DNA of 64,000 nucleotides, taken from contig CAVUCU010000001.1 of NCBI GenBank assembly GCA_963740085.1, forward strand, positions 896,001 to 960,000, written 5' to 3'. This DNA comes from Nitrospirota bacterium (GTDB taxonomy: Bacteria > Nitrospirota > UBA9217). The position numbers were made by a program, and so were the translations under genes. The notes under the pieces are model-generated. The model did no database searches. It saw only the letters and a program-made list of their open reading frames with translations, and was not told the origin of the DNA. Positions 51,716-62,300 of the stretch are shown one piece after another (the stretch's first letter is position 1; every line of letters starts with the position of its first letter).

Positions 51716-52656
51716 TCGAGCTCCAGGATGCTCTGCGCAAGAAAGAGATCTGGGCCATCGGCGGCGGCAAGGGCGGGATCGGTAAAAGCCTGATCACCGG
51801 GAACATCGGCATCACCCTCGCGCGCCTCAAGAAAAAGGTCCTGCTGGTGGACGCTGACCTGGGAGGCGCGAACCTTCACACGACGCTCGGCATCGGCGTC
51901 CCGGAGATGACACTCTCGGATTTTCTGAACCGTCGCGTCAAGACCATCCAGGAAGTTATTATCAAGACCAGCATCCCGAACCTGAGCCTTGTCAGCGGCG
52001 CCCAGGACTTCCTCGACGCGGCCAACCCGAATTTCGCCCAGAAGACGCGTCTGCTCAGACACCTCGAGACGCTGGATGCGGACTATATCCTCCTTGACCT
52101 CGGTGCAGGCACCTCGTTCAACATCCTTGATTTTTTCCTGTTCTCGGACCACGGCATCCTCGTCGTGCTGCCCGAGCCCACGGCCATTGAGAACGCCTAC
52201 CGGTTCATCAAGAGCGCCTTCTACCGCAGGTTCAAAAAGGTGGTGGTCGATCAGAACATCAAGGACCTTATCGATGCGGCCATGGACCAGAAAAACAATC
52301 TGGGCATCCGAACCCCCTACGACCTCATCGAACGCGTGAAGTCGATGGAGCGGGAAGTGGGCGAGGTGCTCGAACTGGAAGTGCTCAAGTTCAAGCCCCA
52401 GCTGATCGTGAACCAGGTCAGGACCAAGAACGACATTCAGATCGGGTTCTCGATGAGAAGCGCCTGCCAGAAATACTTCGGCATCAACGTGGACTATCTG
52501 GGCTATGTGGAATACGACGATTGCGTCTGGCAATCCATTCGGAGCAAACGGCCGCTCATGATCGAATATCCCTACTCGCGTCCGTCTCGCTGCATAGAAC
52601 GGATCGTTCACAACCTGCTCAGAAAAGAGCAGCTTACGCTCAGCATGCTGTTCTGA
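51712..52656 (+). CDS. MinD/FlhG(FleN)-like ATPase
   Basis: GGGKGGIGKS deviant Walker A, VDADLGGANLH, LDLGAG, PEPTAIENAY; ATGA overlap with scpB. Confidence 0.9.
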   Translation: MIELQDALRKKEIWAIGGGKGGIGKSLITGNIGITLARLKKKVLLVDADLGGANLHTTLGIGVPEMTLSDFLNRRVKTIQEVIIKTSIPNLSLVSGAQDFLDAANPNFAQKTRLLRHLETLDADYILLDLGAGTSFNILDFFLFSDHGILVVLPEPTAIENAYRFIKSAFYRRFKKVVVDQNIKDLIDAAMDQKNNLGIRTPYDLIERVKSMEREVGEVLELEVLKFKPQLIVNQVRTKNDIQIGFSMRSACQKYFGINVDYLGYVEYDDCVWQSIRSKRPLMIEYPYSRPSRCIERIVHNLLRKEQLTLSMLF

Positions 52657-52824
52657 AAAAAGGGGGAGTTTCATCTTTCGCATACCAGGTCCGTCCCATG
52701 TGTCATACCGGGTTATCCGGCCTGTCAGGCTTCTATACGCTCAGAACCGCTCGAAAGGGGACGGAAACGGGGTTTTTGAAGCGGCCTCTTTGGCGCTTGT
52801 TATTTTTAGCAAGAGGGAATTGCC

Positions 52825-53691
52825 ATGATCAAAAAAATAGAAGATTTGAATTACTACGAACTGCTGGAGATAAGCCCCCGGGCGACCTCCCAGGAGATCC
52901 ACAAGGCTTATGAGCGGGTTCGGCGGGTGTACGAACCGAATTCCATAGCGCTTTACTCGCTCTTCAGCCCCGATGAGACCGCTGCAATCACCCAGCGGAT
53001 CGAAGACGCTTACCGGACCCTGGTGTACGAGGACAACCGGAAACGGTACGACGCACAGTTGAAAGAGAAAGAGCAGGAAGAGCTGCCTGATCTTCCGCCG
53101 CTCCCGGCCGACCCATATCAAACCCGTCAGGACCAGCTGTCATTCCCCTCTGAGCCGACGTACCAGCGCCGTCAGGATCAGCTGCCGCTCCCGTCCGAGC
53201 CGAAATACCAGCGCCGTCAGGATCAGCTGCCGCTCCCGTCCGAGCCGACGTATCAGCGCCGTCAGGACCAACTGCCGCTCCCGCCGGAGCCTCCCAGTCA
53301 GCCCCGTCCGGCCCAGCCGGCGCTCACACTGCCGTCGGAGAACCGCTTTATCAGCGCTTCAGAACCGCTGATAAAGCAAACGGCGCCTCCAAAAACCATG
53401 CATGAGACGGTCACGCCTGTCTCCCACTTCATCGCGGATTTTACCGGACCCGCCATCAAGATGCTGAGAGAGCAGAACGGTCTTCAGATGCGGGATATCG
53501 CCGATAGAACGAAGATCGGAACGCGCTACCTGGAATGCATCGAAGAGGAACAGTACGATAAATTGCCCGCGCGCGCCTATACGCGGGGATTTCTCATGCT
53601 CTATGCCAGGGCACTGGGCTGCGATCCGGAGCGAATGGCAAGTGACTATTTGAAAAGATACGACGCCGCGATGACACCAAAATCGAAATAG
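52825..53691 (+). CDS. J-domain-like N-terminus + Pro-rich repeats + RodZ-like HTH
   Basis: NYYELLEI..A...EIHKAY (YEPN instead of HPD), RKRYD; C-terminal LREQNGL..IA..TKI...YLECIE, RGFL..YARALG. Confidence 0.85.
   Translation: MIKKIEDLNYYELLEISPRATSQEIHKAYERVRRVYEPNSIALYSLFSPDETAAITQRIEDAYRTLVYEDNRKRYDAQLKEKEQEELPDLPPLPADPYQTRQDQLSFPSEPTYQRRQDQLPLPSEPKYQRRQDQLPLPSEPTYQRRQDQLPLPPEPPSQPRPAQPALTLPSENRFISASEPLIKQTAPPKTMHETVTPVSHFIADFTGPAIKMLREQNGLQMRDIADRTKIGTRYLECIEEEQYDKLPARAYTRGFLMLYARALGCDPERMASDYLKRYDAAMTPKSK
53113..53292 (+). repeat. in-frame 45-bp tandem repeat, 4 copies
   Basis: xYQRRQDQLPLPSEP x4. Confidence 0.9.
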
Positions 53692-53803
53692 CCGCTGCAG
53701 GTTTACGGAGCGCGGAGAGTTTTACGGGTAAACATTCTGCCTCATCAGACAGCTATGTCGATTCTTTTTCAAACTTGATATGTTCGCGCGACTGTTTGAA
53801 TCA

Positions 53804-53910
53804 AAATTTGAAAAATGCAGAGTGCAAAATGCAAAGGTCAAAATGAGGGGAAAAGACACCATGGCCTGCGGTCATATCTCAATTTTGCAATTTGAATTTT
53901 ACAATTTGCT
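53804..53910. repeat. 7-bp tandem repeat hairpin (TGCAAAA-type)
   Basis: TGAAAAA-TGCAGAG-TGCAAAA-TGCAAAG vs TTTTGCA-ATTTGAA-TTTTACA. Confidence 0.6.
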
Positions 53911-53969
53911 TTGGCTGCGGCCGAAGGCCGCGTGCTGCGGATAGGATGTTCATGATAGAGGAGAGAACT

Positions 53970-55601
53970 ATGGCGCCGGGCATTCTTGTTTTTATAGAAA
54001 ACAAAGATGAAAAATCATTTTTCGAAAACTTATTCAAGACCGATGATGTTCCCGTTTTTGAGACACACCTTGCCCTCGAAGCCATGAGGCTCCTTCAAGA
54101 TAAGGATATCGGCTTGATCATCGCAGGCAGTGTCATGGAAGGGATCGAAGGCGAAAGGTTCAAGTTGCTCGCCGAAAAGATACGGCCCGGAGTCAAGACC
54201 GTCCTTATCGGTCCCGTTTCCCGGGAGAACAATGGATTTCTTATCAACACCGATGAATTCAATAATCTCATCCGCACGTCCGTCAAAACCGAACATGTGC
54301 TGAGGAGAGAACTGGGGGATTCGAAACAGCTCGTCTTCGCTCTCGCCGACCGCCTGCTGCAGATCTTCGGGGTCAATGACCGCTATTTTTTCAATAACGA
54401 CCACCTCGTCGCGGAACTGGCATCCAAGCTGGGCGCAAAGATGGGACTCGAAGAAGATCTTGTGGATTCCATTCGCATGTCGGCGCTGCTCCGGGACCTG
54501 GGCAAGGTGGGAATTCAGCTTCAAATCCTCGAGGGAAATGTCCGGTTGAACCAGACCGAACTTACACCGATCAGAGAGCATCCGATCCATACCGTCCAGC
54601 TCCTGCGACAGATCCAGTTTCCGTGGAACCTGGACTCGATCATCGGCGAGCATCATGAGCACTATGATGGAAGCGGTTATCCCCACGGCTTTAAGGGCAG
54701 GCAGATCAGCATCGGGGCCCGGATCCTCAGCGTTGCTGACGCCTTTTATGCCATGACGACGGACCGCCCTTATCGTAAGGCCCTGTCTCAGGACAAGGCG
54801 CTCGAGGAAATTAGAAAGAACGCAGGCAGCCAATTCGATCCTGAGGTTGTTGAGGTTTTTCTCTCGACCATCAAGGAAGTTCCGGCCGTCAAGATCGCTG
54901 ATAAGAATATATTGATCTTCGAACGTGAAAATCATATCGCGGCATTGATCAAGCTCAGCACGAATGCCGACGAGATGCAGGTTTACCACACGTCCAGCTC
55001 CATCGATGCCATCGTATACATCAGGCATAGGCAGCCCGTCCTTGTCATCACCGACATCGAGGCGCTCCAGCCGGAGGCGACGACCCGGGTTTCTCATATT
55101 GTTCTTCAGATGGCGATAGCTCAGGAACGGAAAGTGCTGATCATTACGCCGGACAAAAATTATCCCAAGATCATCGGGGGTGATGTGGAGTACATTTCAA
55201 AACCCCTTGATATCGGCAAGTTGACGCAAAAGATCCATGAACTGATAAGCAGGGTCCCGCCGCCGGCGCCTCAGGAGCCCAAAGAAGGACTTACCGGCAA
55301 GATCGAGGAATTCAGCCTTCCCGACATCATTCAAATATTGAGTTTAGGCTTGAAGACGGCAAAGGTGGAGATAGAGGGAGACCGGGGAAGCGGCAAGCTC
55401 TATATTCTGAACGGCAAAATCGTGCATGCCTCCGTGGGAAAACTCAGAGGGGCCAATGCCTTCCTGGAGATCGTCAACTGGGAAACCGGGCAATTCTGCA
55501 TCAAGCACGGGCAGGTGACGGACGATATCAATGTGACCGCGAGCACCACCAGTCTTCTGCTCGAAGCCAATAAGAACATTGACAGGGAGTTGACCGCGTA
55601 A
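53970..55601 (+). CDS. REC-like + HD-GYP + REC + DUF4388 signalling protein
   Basis: LLRDLGK, HHEHYDGSGYP, GARILSVADAF, GSQFDP, FSLPDIIQIL; RBS GAGGAG. Confidence 0.88.
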   Translation: MAPGILVFIENKDEKSFFENLFKTDDVPVFETHLALEAMRLLQDKDIGLIIAGSVMEGIEGERFKLLAEKIRPGVKTVLIGPVSRENNGFLINTDEFNNLIRTSVKTEHVLRRELGDSKQLVFALADRLLQIFGVNDRYFFNNDHLVAELASKLGAKMGLEEDLVDSIRMSALLRDLGKVGIQLQILEGNVRLNQTELTPIREHPIHTVQLLRQIQFPWNLDSIIGEHHEHYDGSGYPHGFKGRQISIGARILSVADAFYAMTTDRPYRKALSQDKALEEIRKNAGSQFDPEVVEVFLSTIKEVPAVKIADKNILIFERENHIAALIKLSTNADEMQVYHTSSSIDAIVYIRHRQPVLVITDIEALQPEATTRVSHIVLQMAIAQERKVLIITPDKNYPKIIGGDVEYISKPLDIGKLTQKIHELISRVPPPAPQEPKEGLTGKIEEFSLPDIIQILSLGLKTAKVEIEGDRGSGKLYILNGKIVHASVGKLRGANAFLEIVNWETGQFCIKHGQVTDDINVTASTTSLLLEANKNIDRELTA

Positions 55602-55994
55602 GTTCCCTTATCAAAACCTTTCGCCGCGCCCTGAACTCGTCATCACTGAGTGCAGGCAGACGATGCGGAACGTAGAGAATTTACCTGTAGTGTCGGTATT
55701 TACGTTTACAGGTATTGTAAATGCCGTTAGTGACCATCCCTCTAATCGAGTTCTATCCTTATCTTGGTTTGACAACTTATAGACTTCTTCCTGAATCCAA
55801 TGAAGTTTCTATTCATTGCAACGCATAAGGTTACAAACCGCATTCTTCATCGTCTTTCCGTAAAATACCTGTACGATACGAATACCCGTTCGGTACCCGT
55901 TCATACACAATCACAGTCATTGACATGTTTCCTCATCAGGTCTATATTCATCTTTTGTTCTATTTATTTGGCTCAAGGATGACAATGAGGGCTT

Positions 55995-56135
55995 ATGTGG
56001 AAAAAAGTACCTAGGTCTGGGAATAACAGAAGATCAGGTGAAGATCGAAGAAAACTCAATGATTCAAACTACGAGGGGACTGAACGTAGAAATGGAAAAG
56101 ATCGGAGATATTGGAAGGACCGCAGGTCCTCTTGA
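55995..56135 (+). CDS. 46-aa Arg-rich microprotein with (D/E)RR repeats
   Basis: MWKKVPRSGNNRRSGEDRRKLNDSNYEGTERRNGKDRRYWKDRRSS; GAGGG upstream; below the ORF-track cutoff. Confidence 0.6.
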   Translation: MWKKVPRSGNNRRSGEDRRKLNDSNYEGTERRNGKDRRYWKDRRSS

Positions 56136-56437
56136 GCTTTTATATGATCCTGCAAATACCTTCCTGAAGTCCTCGACAGCGGCGTCATTTTGAAATTGCA
56201 ACCTTCATCTCGAATTATTGTTCTTTACTGGGTGCTACTATTCAGATATACTCTCGCAATAATCTACGCTTATAGTTTCGTGTCGCATTGCGCCGGATAC
56301 GATTCCGTCAGCGTACAACATAAGGGTGGAATTATCAAAACTAACGGATAGCAGCAGGTCGTTGCTTATAAAGTTCATAGACTTCGTTAAAGATAACGAA
56401 CATATTGTTACATGGTGTGGAAAATAGGAAACTGGCA

Positions 56438-58144
56438 GTGAATAAAATCTTGCCGGATATTTCCGGATACAGAGCCCTCTACAGACTGTCGATCTATATT
56501 GTGATCCTTGCCTGGATCATGGTCGGGCTCTATTTCTATGCGGTTACGAGGTCAGAATCCTCGTCAGTCGGGAGAATCGTTCTATTTCTCCTATCACCCG
56601 AGCAGTTTGGAAAAAAGTTCAGGGAATTAATACTGCTCGCCCCGCTTTTTCTTACCGTTATCAGTTATATCATCTATGACAGGGCCAAGCTTTTTCTGAA
56701 ATCAATCACCTCGGAACAGCAATTACGCCTTCTCCGAGACGATCTCATCCAGCGCACCACCGAGATCACCGCGGCGAATGAAAGGCTGCTCAATGAGATC
56801 GGTGCGCGTAAAACGGTGGAGGAACAGCTCCAGTATGATGCCCTCCATGATGCCCTTACCGGCCTTCCCAACAGGGCGCTGTTCATGGATCGTCTGGTGC
56901 ATGTGATGTCAATGGCGCAACGACACAAGGATTTTATCTATGCCGTGCTGTTTGTCGATCTTGACCGCTTCAAGGTCATCAATGACAGCCTCGGCCACGT
57001 AATCGGGGATCAACTGCTGGTTGCGCTCGGTAAGCGGCTGATGAACTGTATTAGGCCCCTTGATACCGTCGCCCGTTTTGGTGGGGACGAGTTTGCGATC
57101 CTTCTCGAGGACATCAGCGGCATCGGAAACGCAACCTTTATTGCCGAGCGTATCGGGACCTCGATGAATGCTCCTTTCCTGGTGGCCGGCCACGAGGTTT
57201 TTGCAACAGCCAGCATCGGCATCGCGTTGTGCTTGCGAGAGTATGAGAATCCTGATGAGGTCCTGCGTGATGCGGACACAGCGATGTACACGGCGAAATC
57301 GAGCGGGAGGGCGCAATATTGTGTGTTCGAGCCTGGGATGCACGCCCATGCGGTTGAGCGGCTGCGCCTGGAGACCGACCTTCGGAGGGCGGTTGAACGG
57401 AATGAATTCGTTGTGTTCTATCAGCCGATTATTTCGATTGCGACAAATTATATTGTCGGGTTCGAAGCACTGGTCCGCTGGCTGCATCCGGAGCGCGGTG
57501 TCCTCGATCCGGACGCTTTTCTGAAGATGGCGGACGAAACCGGCATGATCGTGTCCATCGACCGGATCGTGCTCCGAGAGGCGTGCCGTCAAATGCAGGA
57601 ATGGTTGGTTCACCACTCCCGTGAGGGGCTTTCCTTCATTAGCACAAACTTATCGAACAAACAGATGGTCCAGCCCGACCTCGTTGATTATGTTGATCGG
57701 GTCCTCAAGGAGACAGGGCTGAATCCGGAGCGACTCAAACTCGAGATCACGGAAGAGGTTATTGTGGACAATCCTGATAAAATGCTCGCTCTCCTGAACC
57801 GTCTGAAGGCGCTGGGAGTGCAGCTTTACATCGATGATTTTGGGACAGGCTATTCGTCGCTCAGCCACCTGCATCGGCTGCCGATAGACGGGCTCAAGAT
57901 AGACCGGTCCTTTATCAAGAATATGGGCGATCATGGGGAAAACCAGGAAATTATCAAAACAATCATGCTGCTGGCCCGAGATTTAAACATCAGTGTTATC
58001 GCAGAGGGAGTGGAAACAAGGAGTCAGATGGGACAGATCCAATCGCTAGGCTGTGAGCAGGGCCAGGGACATTTATTCTCAAGGCCGGTGGATAGCGACA
58101 GGGCACGGGTCCTGCTTGCGAACACCGATACTGCTCGTGCATAA
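56438..58144 (+). CDS. membrane-anchored diguanylate cyclase/phosphodiesterase (GGDEF-EAL)
   Basis: Two TMs, HDALTGLPNR, RPLD I-site, GGDEF, GFEALVRW, DDFGTGYSS; start uncertain. Confidence 0.93.
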   Translation: MNKILPDISGYRALYRLSIYIVILAWIMVGLYFYAVTRSESSSVGRIVLFLLSPEQFGKKFRELILLAPLFLTVISYIIYDRAKLFLKSITSEQQLRLLRDDLIQRTTEITAANERLLNEIGARKTVEEQLQYDALHDALTGLPNRALFMDRLVHVMSMAQRHKDFIYAVLFVDLDRFKVINDSLGHVIGDQLLVALGKRLMNCIRPLDTVARFGGDEFAILLEDISGIGNATFIAERIGTSMNAPFLVAGHEVFATASIGIALCLREYENPDEVLRDADTAMYTAKSSGRAQYCVFEPGMHAHAVERLRLETDLRRAVERNEFVVFYQPIISIATNYIVGFEALVRWLHPERGVLDPDAFLKMADETGMIVSIDRIVLREACRQMQEWLVHHSREGLSFISTNLSNKQMVQPDLVDYVDRVLKETGLNPERLKLEITEEVIVDNPDKMLALLNRLKALGVQLYIDDFGTGYSSLSHLHRLPIDGLKIDRSFIKNMGDHGENQEIIKTIMLLARDLNISVIAEGVETRSQMGQIQSLGCEQGQGHLFSRPVDSDRARVLLANTDTARA

Positions 58145-58659
58145 TCATCAGCAGACGGCAAAGACGCTGCCATCACCATAGCAATTATCGCCACGAAGCA
58201 CAGTTTGAAGTTGTTGTGTTATCGCCGAAGTTATGGAGTAAGTTACAGTTGGTATACTTTGCCAGCGTTATAAAATTGACTATGCAGACTTGTAATTCCT
58301 CGTAAAGCCAGGATTTGACAGCGTCGAAGAATATCGTTTGAAACTTGCAGTATTTGGTACTTCCTGTACTCTTTCAAGTGTCCATTCATTGAAATACATA
58401 AGTATCAACCTATATTCGCTAACCCTTACATTTCATAAAATCTGCGTGTTAAATCAAATTAGCCTTAATGCTTTGAATTCTCCCACTCGCAACAGACGCA
58501 CAAAAATATACTCATTTTAAATAAATTATCTAGATGTGATATAATTATAAAAAGAATTATAAAAGCTTTTTTTTATGCAAGATCGAAGAGGGCTATTCCG
58601 ATTGACTTCACATAGCTTAGAAACCAGAAATAATTTTCTCAACTGGGAAGGAGAAATCT

Positions 58660-59082
58660 ATGAAACGACGCAATATTTATTACGCAGCTCTACTGGTTTT
58701 GGGCCTGACATTGAGTTACGGACTACAGTTTGCCAATTCGCAACAAGCTGCTCCGAAAGACAACAAAGGGTTCAAAGCAACAGTACAACAGGTCGTTGAC
58801 CTAGGTCCGGAGATCAAGGGAATGGAAGGTCGCCAATTGCGGATGCGGATGCTTACCATAGAGCCTGGTGGTTACATCGGCATCCATAGTCACAAGGACC
58901 GCCCTGCCGTGGTTTATTTCCTCCAAGGGACGGACACCGTGACACTTGAAGACGGTACGGTAAAGGTCTTTCTACCTGGAGATACTTCCTCCGCAAACAA
59001 GGATACGACGCATTGGCACCGGAATGATGGAAAAGATCCTGTCGTTTTGATTGCAGTAGACATATTTCACAACGAGAAGTGA
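58660..59082 (+). CDS. exported cupin domain protein
   Basis: IEPGG..GIHSH, HWHRNDG; RBS AAGGAG; signal peptide. Confidence 0.88.
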   Translation: MKRRNIYYAALLVLGLTLSYGLQFANSQQAAPKDNKGFKATVQQVVDLGPEIKGMEGRQLRMRMLTIEPGGYIGIHSHKDRPAVVYFLQGTDTVTLEDGTVKVFLPGDTSSANKDTTHWHRNDGKDPVVLIAVDIFHNEK

Positions 59083-59126
59083 ACTAGAATTAATCGCTTG
59101 GGTGTCAACAAGCACCTATATGCTTA

Positions 59127-59154
59127 GAAGGACCTCGCAGTTGCAAGGTCCTTC
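59127..59154 (+). terminator. intrinsic terminator
   Basis: GAAGGACC/GGTCCTTC stem followed by ATTTTT. Confidence 0.65.
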
Positions 59155-59332
59155 ATTTTTGCTAACACTGCCTGGATAAATTGCTTGACAGTTCTTAGAC
59201 ACGAACGTGATATGGCCGATTGTGAATGTTGGCATTTTTCAACTTGAATATATTAGTAGTTGCAAACATTGAGAACTACATACTTGTAGGTGAAACACAG
59301 TTTAGAATTTATTCGATAGCGACCAGCACTCC

Positions 59333-62300
59333 TCACGTCCGCTTCAGCTCGCGTTCCTTCCAGATCACATAGATCGCCGGATAAATGATCAGTTCCAGGA
59401 TCGTCGAGGTGATCACGCCTCCGACCATGGGCGCGGCAATGCGCTTCATCACATCGGCCCCCGTACCGTTCGAGAACATGATCGGTACCAGTCCGGCCAG
59501 GATGACCGACACGGTCATGATCTTCGGCCTGATCCTCTTGACCGCGCCCTCCATGACCGCGTCTTCTATGTCGCGGAGTGAATGGATCTTTCCATCGCCT
59601 TTCCATTTATTGTACGCAAGGTCCAGATAGAGCAGCATCACGATCCCGGTCTCTGCATCAAGCCCGGCCAGCGCGATCACGCCGACCCAGACCGCCGTGC
59701 TCAGATGGTACCCGAGGAAATAGAGGAGCCAGACCGTGCCCACGAGCGAGAACGGCACCGCGAGCAGCACGATCGCGGTCTTGGTCCAGGACTCGGTGTT
59801 CATGTAGATGAGCACGATGATGATCAGCAAGGTGAGCGGGATAACGTAGAAGAGCTTGGCCTTCACGTTCTCCATGTACTCATACTGACCGCTCCACTGG
59901 AGCCTGTACCCCGCCGGTACCTTGACATACTCGGCGATGGCCTTCTTTGCCTTCTCAACGTATCCGCCGAAGTCGCTTCCGGATATGCTGAGGGTGACCG
60001 CCGCGGTCAGCATTCCGCCCTCGCTCTGTATCATGCCCGGTCCCCGTTTCACCTGGATATCCGCAAGCTGGCCCAAAGGCACCTGGGCACCTCCCATCGC
60101 CGGCACGAGGACCCGCTGCAGCTTTTCAATGTCATCCCGCAGTTCGCGGCCATAGCGGATGTTCACGGGATAGCGTTCCCTGCCTTCTACCGTGGTCGTC
60201 AGGTTCATGCCGCCGATGGCCGACTGGATCACCTCCTGCACGTCCTCGATCGTAAGCCCGAATCGGGCGATGGCGTCCCGGTTGATCGTAAAGTCGAGGA
60301 AGTATCCCGTGTTCGCCCGCTCTGCGTAGGCGCTTCTCGTGCCAGGCACTTCCTTGAGGGTCCGCTCCACATCGAACCCGATGCGCTCGATCTCGTCCAG
60401 ACGGGGTCCAAAGACCTTGATGCCGAGGGGCGTCCGGATGCCCGTGGAGAGCATATCGATCCTGCCGATGATAGGCATGGTCCAGGTATTTGCCACGCCG
60501 GGAATCTGCAGGGCGTTGTCAAGTTCATCGCGCAGGTCCTCCCACTTTCTGAATTGGGGACGCCATTCTTTTTCGGGCTTCAGGTTCACGATGGTCTCGA
60601 ACATCTCGAGCGGCGCCGGATCCGTGGGCGTCTCCGCGCGTCCGGCCTTGCCGAAGACCGACTCCACTTCGGGAAACTGCATCAGGATCCTGTCCTGGAG
60701 CTGGAGCAGCTGGCCCACGGTAGTGATGGACGCGCCGGGCAGCCCCGAGGGCATGTAAAACAGCGTCCCTTCATACAAGGGCGGCATGAACTCGGACCCG
60801 AGCTTCGTAAAAGGGATGATCGTGACACCGACAATGATGACCGCGATGATGATCACGATCCAGCGAAAGCGGAGGGCGAATTCGGCAACCGGCTGATACA
60901 CCTTCCGGAGCACATGGCTGATGGGATTTGCGTCCTCGTGCCGGATCTTGCCCTTGATGAAGAGCGTCATCAGCACCGGGGTGAGCGTGATGGCCAGAAA
61001 GCTCGCAAAGAGCATGGAAAAGGTCTTAGTGTATGCAAGGGGCTTGAACAGCCTGCCTGCCTGGGCCTCAAGCGTGAACACCGGAAGGAACCCGACGGTG
61101 ATCACGAGGAGCGAGAAGAAGAGCGACGGCCCCACCTCTTTTGCCGCGTCAATGATCACGTCAACCCTCGAGCCCGGCCTGCCCGCTGCCTCCCAGTCCT
61201 CGAGCTTCTTGTGGGCGTTCTCGACCATGATGATCGAGGCGTCGACCATGGCGCCGATGGCTATGGCAATGCCGGAGAGACTCATGATATTCGAGCTGAT
61301 CCCCAGATAGTACATGCAGATGAAGGAGATAAGGATCGCGATCGGAAGCGTCAGGATCACCACCAGGGCGCTCGGCAGATGGAACAGGAATATGATGCAG
61401 ACCACGCTCACGGCGATCCCGAGCTTGATCACCTCATCGCGGAGCGTATCAACGGACCGGTGGATCAACTCCGACCGGTCGTAGGTGGTGACGATCTTCA
61501 CGCCTTCCGGCAGGGACGGCTTGATCTCCTTGATCTTTTCCTTCACCCGCTCGACGACCGCCAGAACGTTCTCGCCGAACCGGACGACCACGATCCCGCC
61601 CACGGTCTCGCCCTTGCCGTCAAAGTCTGAGAGACCGCGCCGGATCTCGGGGCCGAGTTGGACAGTGCCGATGTCCCGGAGCAGGACCGGCGTCCCCTTC
61701 CCGTCGGTACCGACGGCGATCTTTTCGATGTCCGTTTTGTCCTTGATATATCCGCGGCCGCGGACCATGTATTCGCGGCCCGACCACTCCACCACGCGTC
61801 CCTCGACATCGCTGTTGCTCCTCCTGACCGCCTCCATCACCTTCATGAGCGGCAGATTGTAGGCCAGGAGCCGGTTGGGGTCTACGGTGATCTGATATTG
61901 CTTCACGAACCCGCCTACGCTCGCGACTTCGGAAACGCCTGGCACGGATTCCAAGGCATACTTGAGCGTCCAGTCCTGGAGTGACCTGAGCTGGGCAAGG
62001 TCATGTTTTCCGGTTTCATCGACCAGGGCGTACTCAAATCCCCAACCGACACCCGTGGCATCCGGTCCGAGGAGCGGCGTTACGCCGGCGGGAAGTTTGC
62101 CCGACACACCCTGGAGATACTCGAGCACACGGCTCCGCGCCCAATAAATGTCCGTTCCGTCCTCGAAGATCGCGTAGACAAAGGAAAGTCCGAGGAAGGA
62201 CTTGCCCCGCACAGCCCGAACCTTCGGCGCGGCAAGAAGGGTGGACACGATGGGATAGGTGATCTGGTCCTCGACCAGGTCGGGGCTCCTTCCCGGCCAG

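Noticed and set aside
51040-52683. 547-aa minus-strand ORF (also 54030-55097, 56909-57616)
   Set aside because: Antisense to scpB/ATPase, HD-GYP and GGDEF-EAL genes
53113-53292. 45-bp repeats as a CRISPR array
   Set aside because: No unique spacers, in frame within a CDS, no cas genes
58145-58659. AT-rich intergenic stretch as ncRNA or small genes
   Set aside because: No convincing structure or ORF; most likely promoter DNA for the cupin gene
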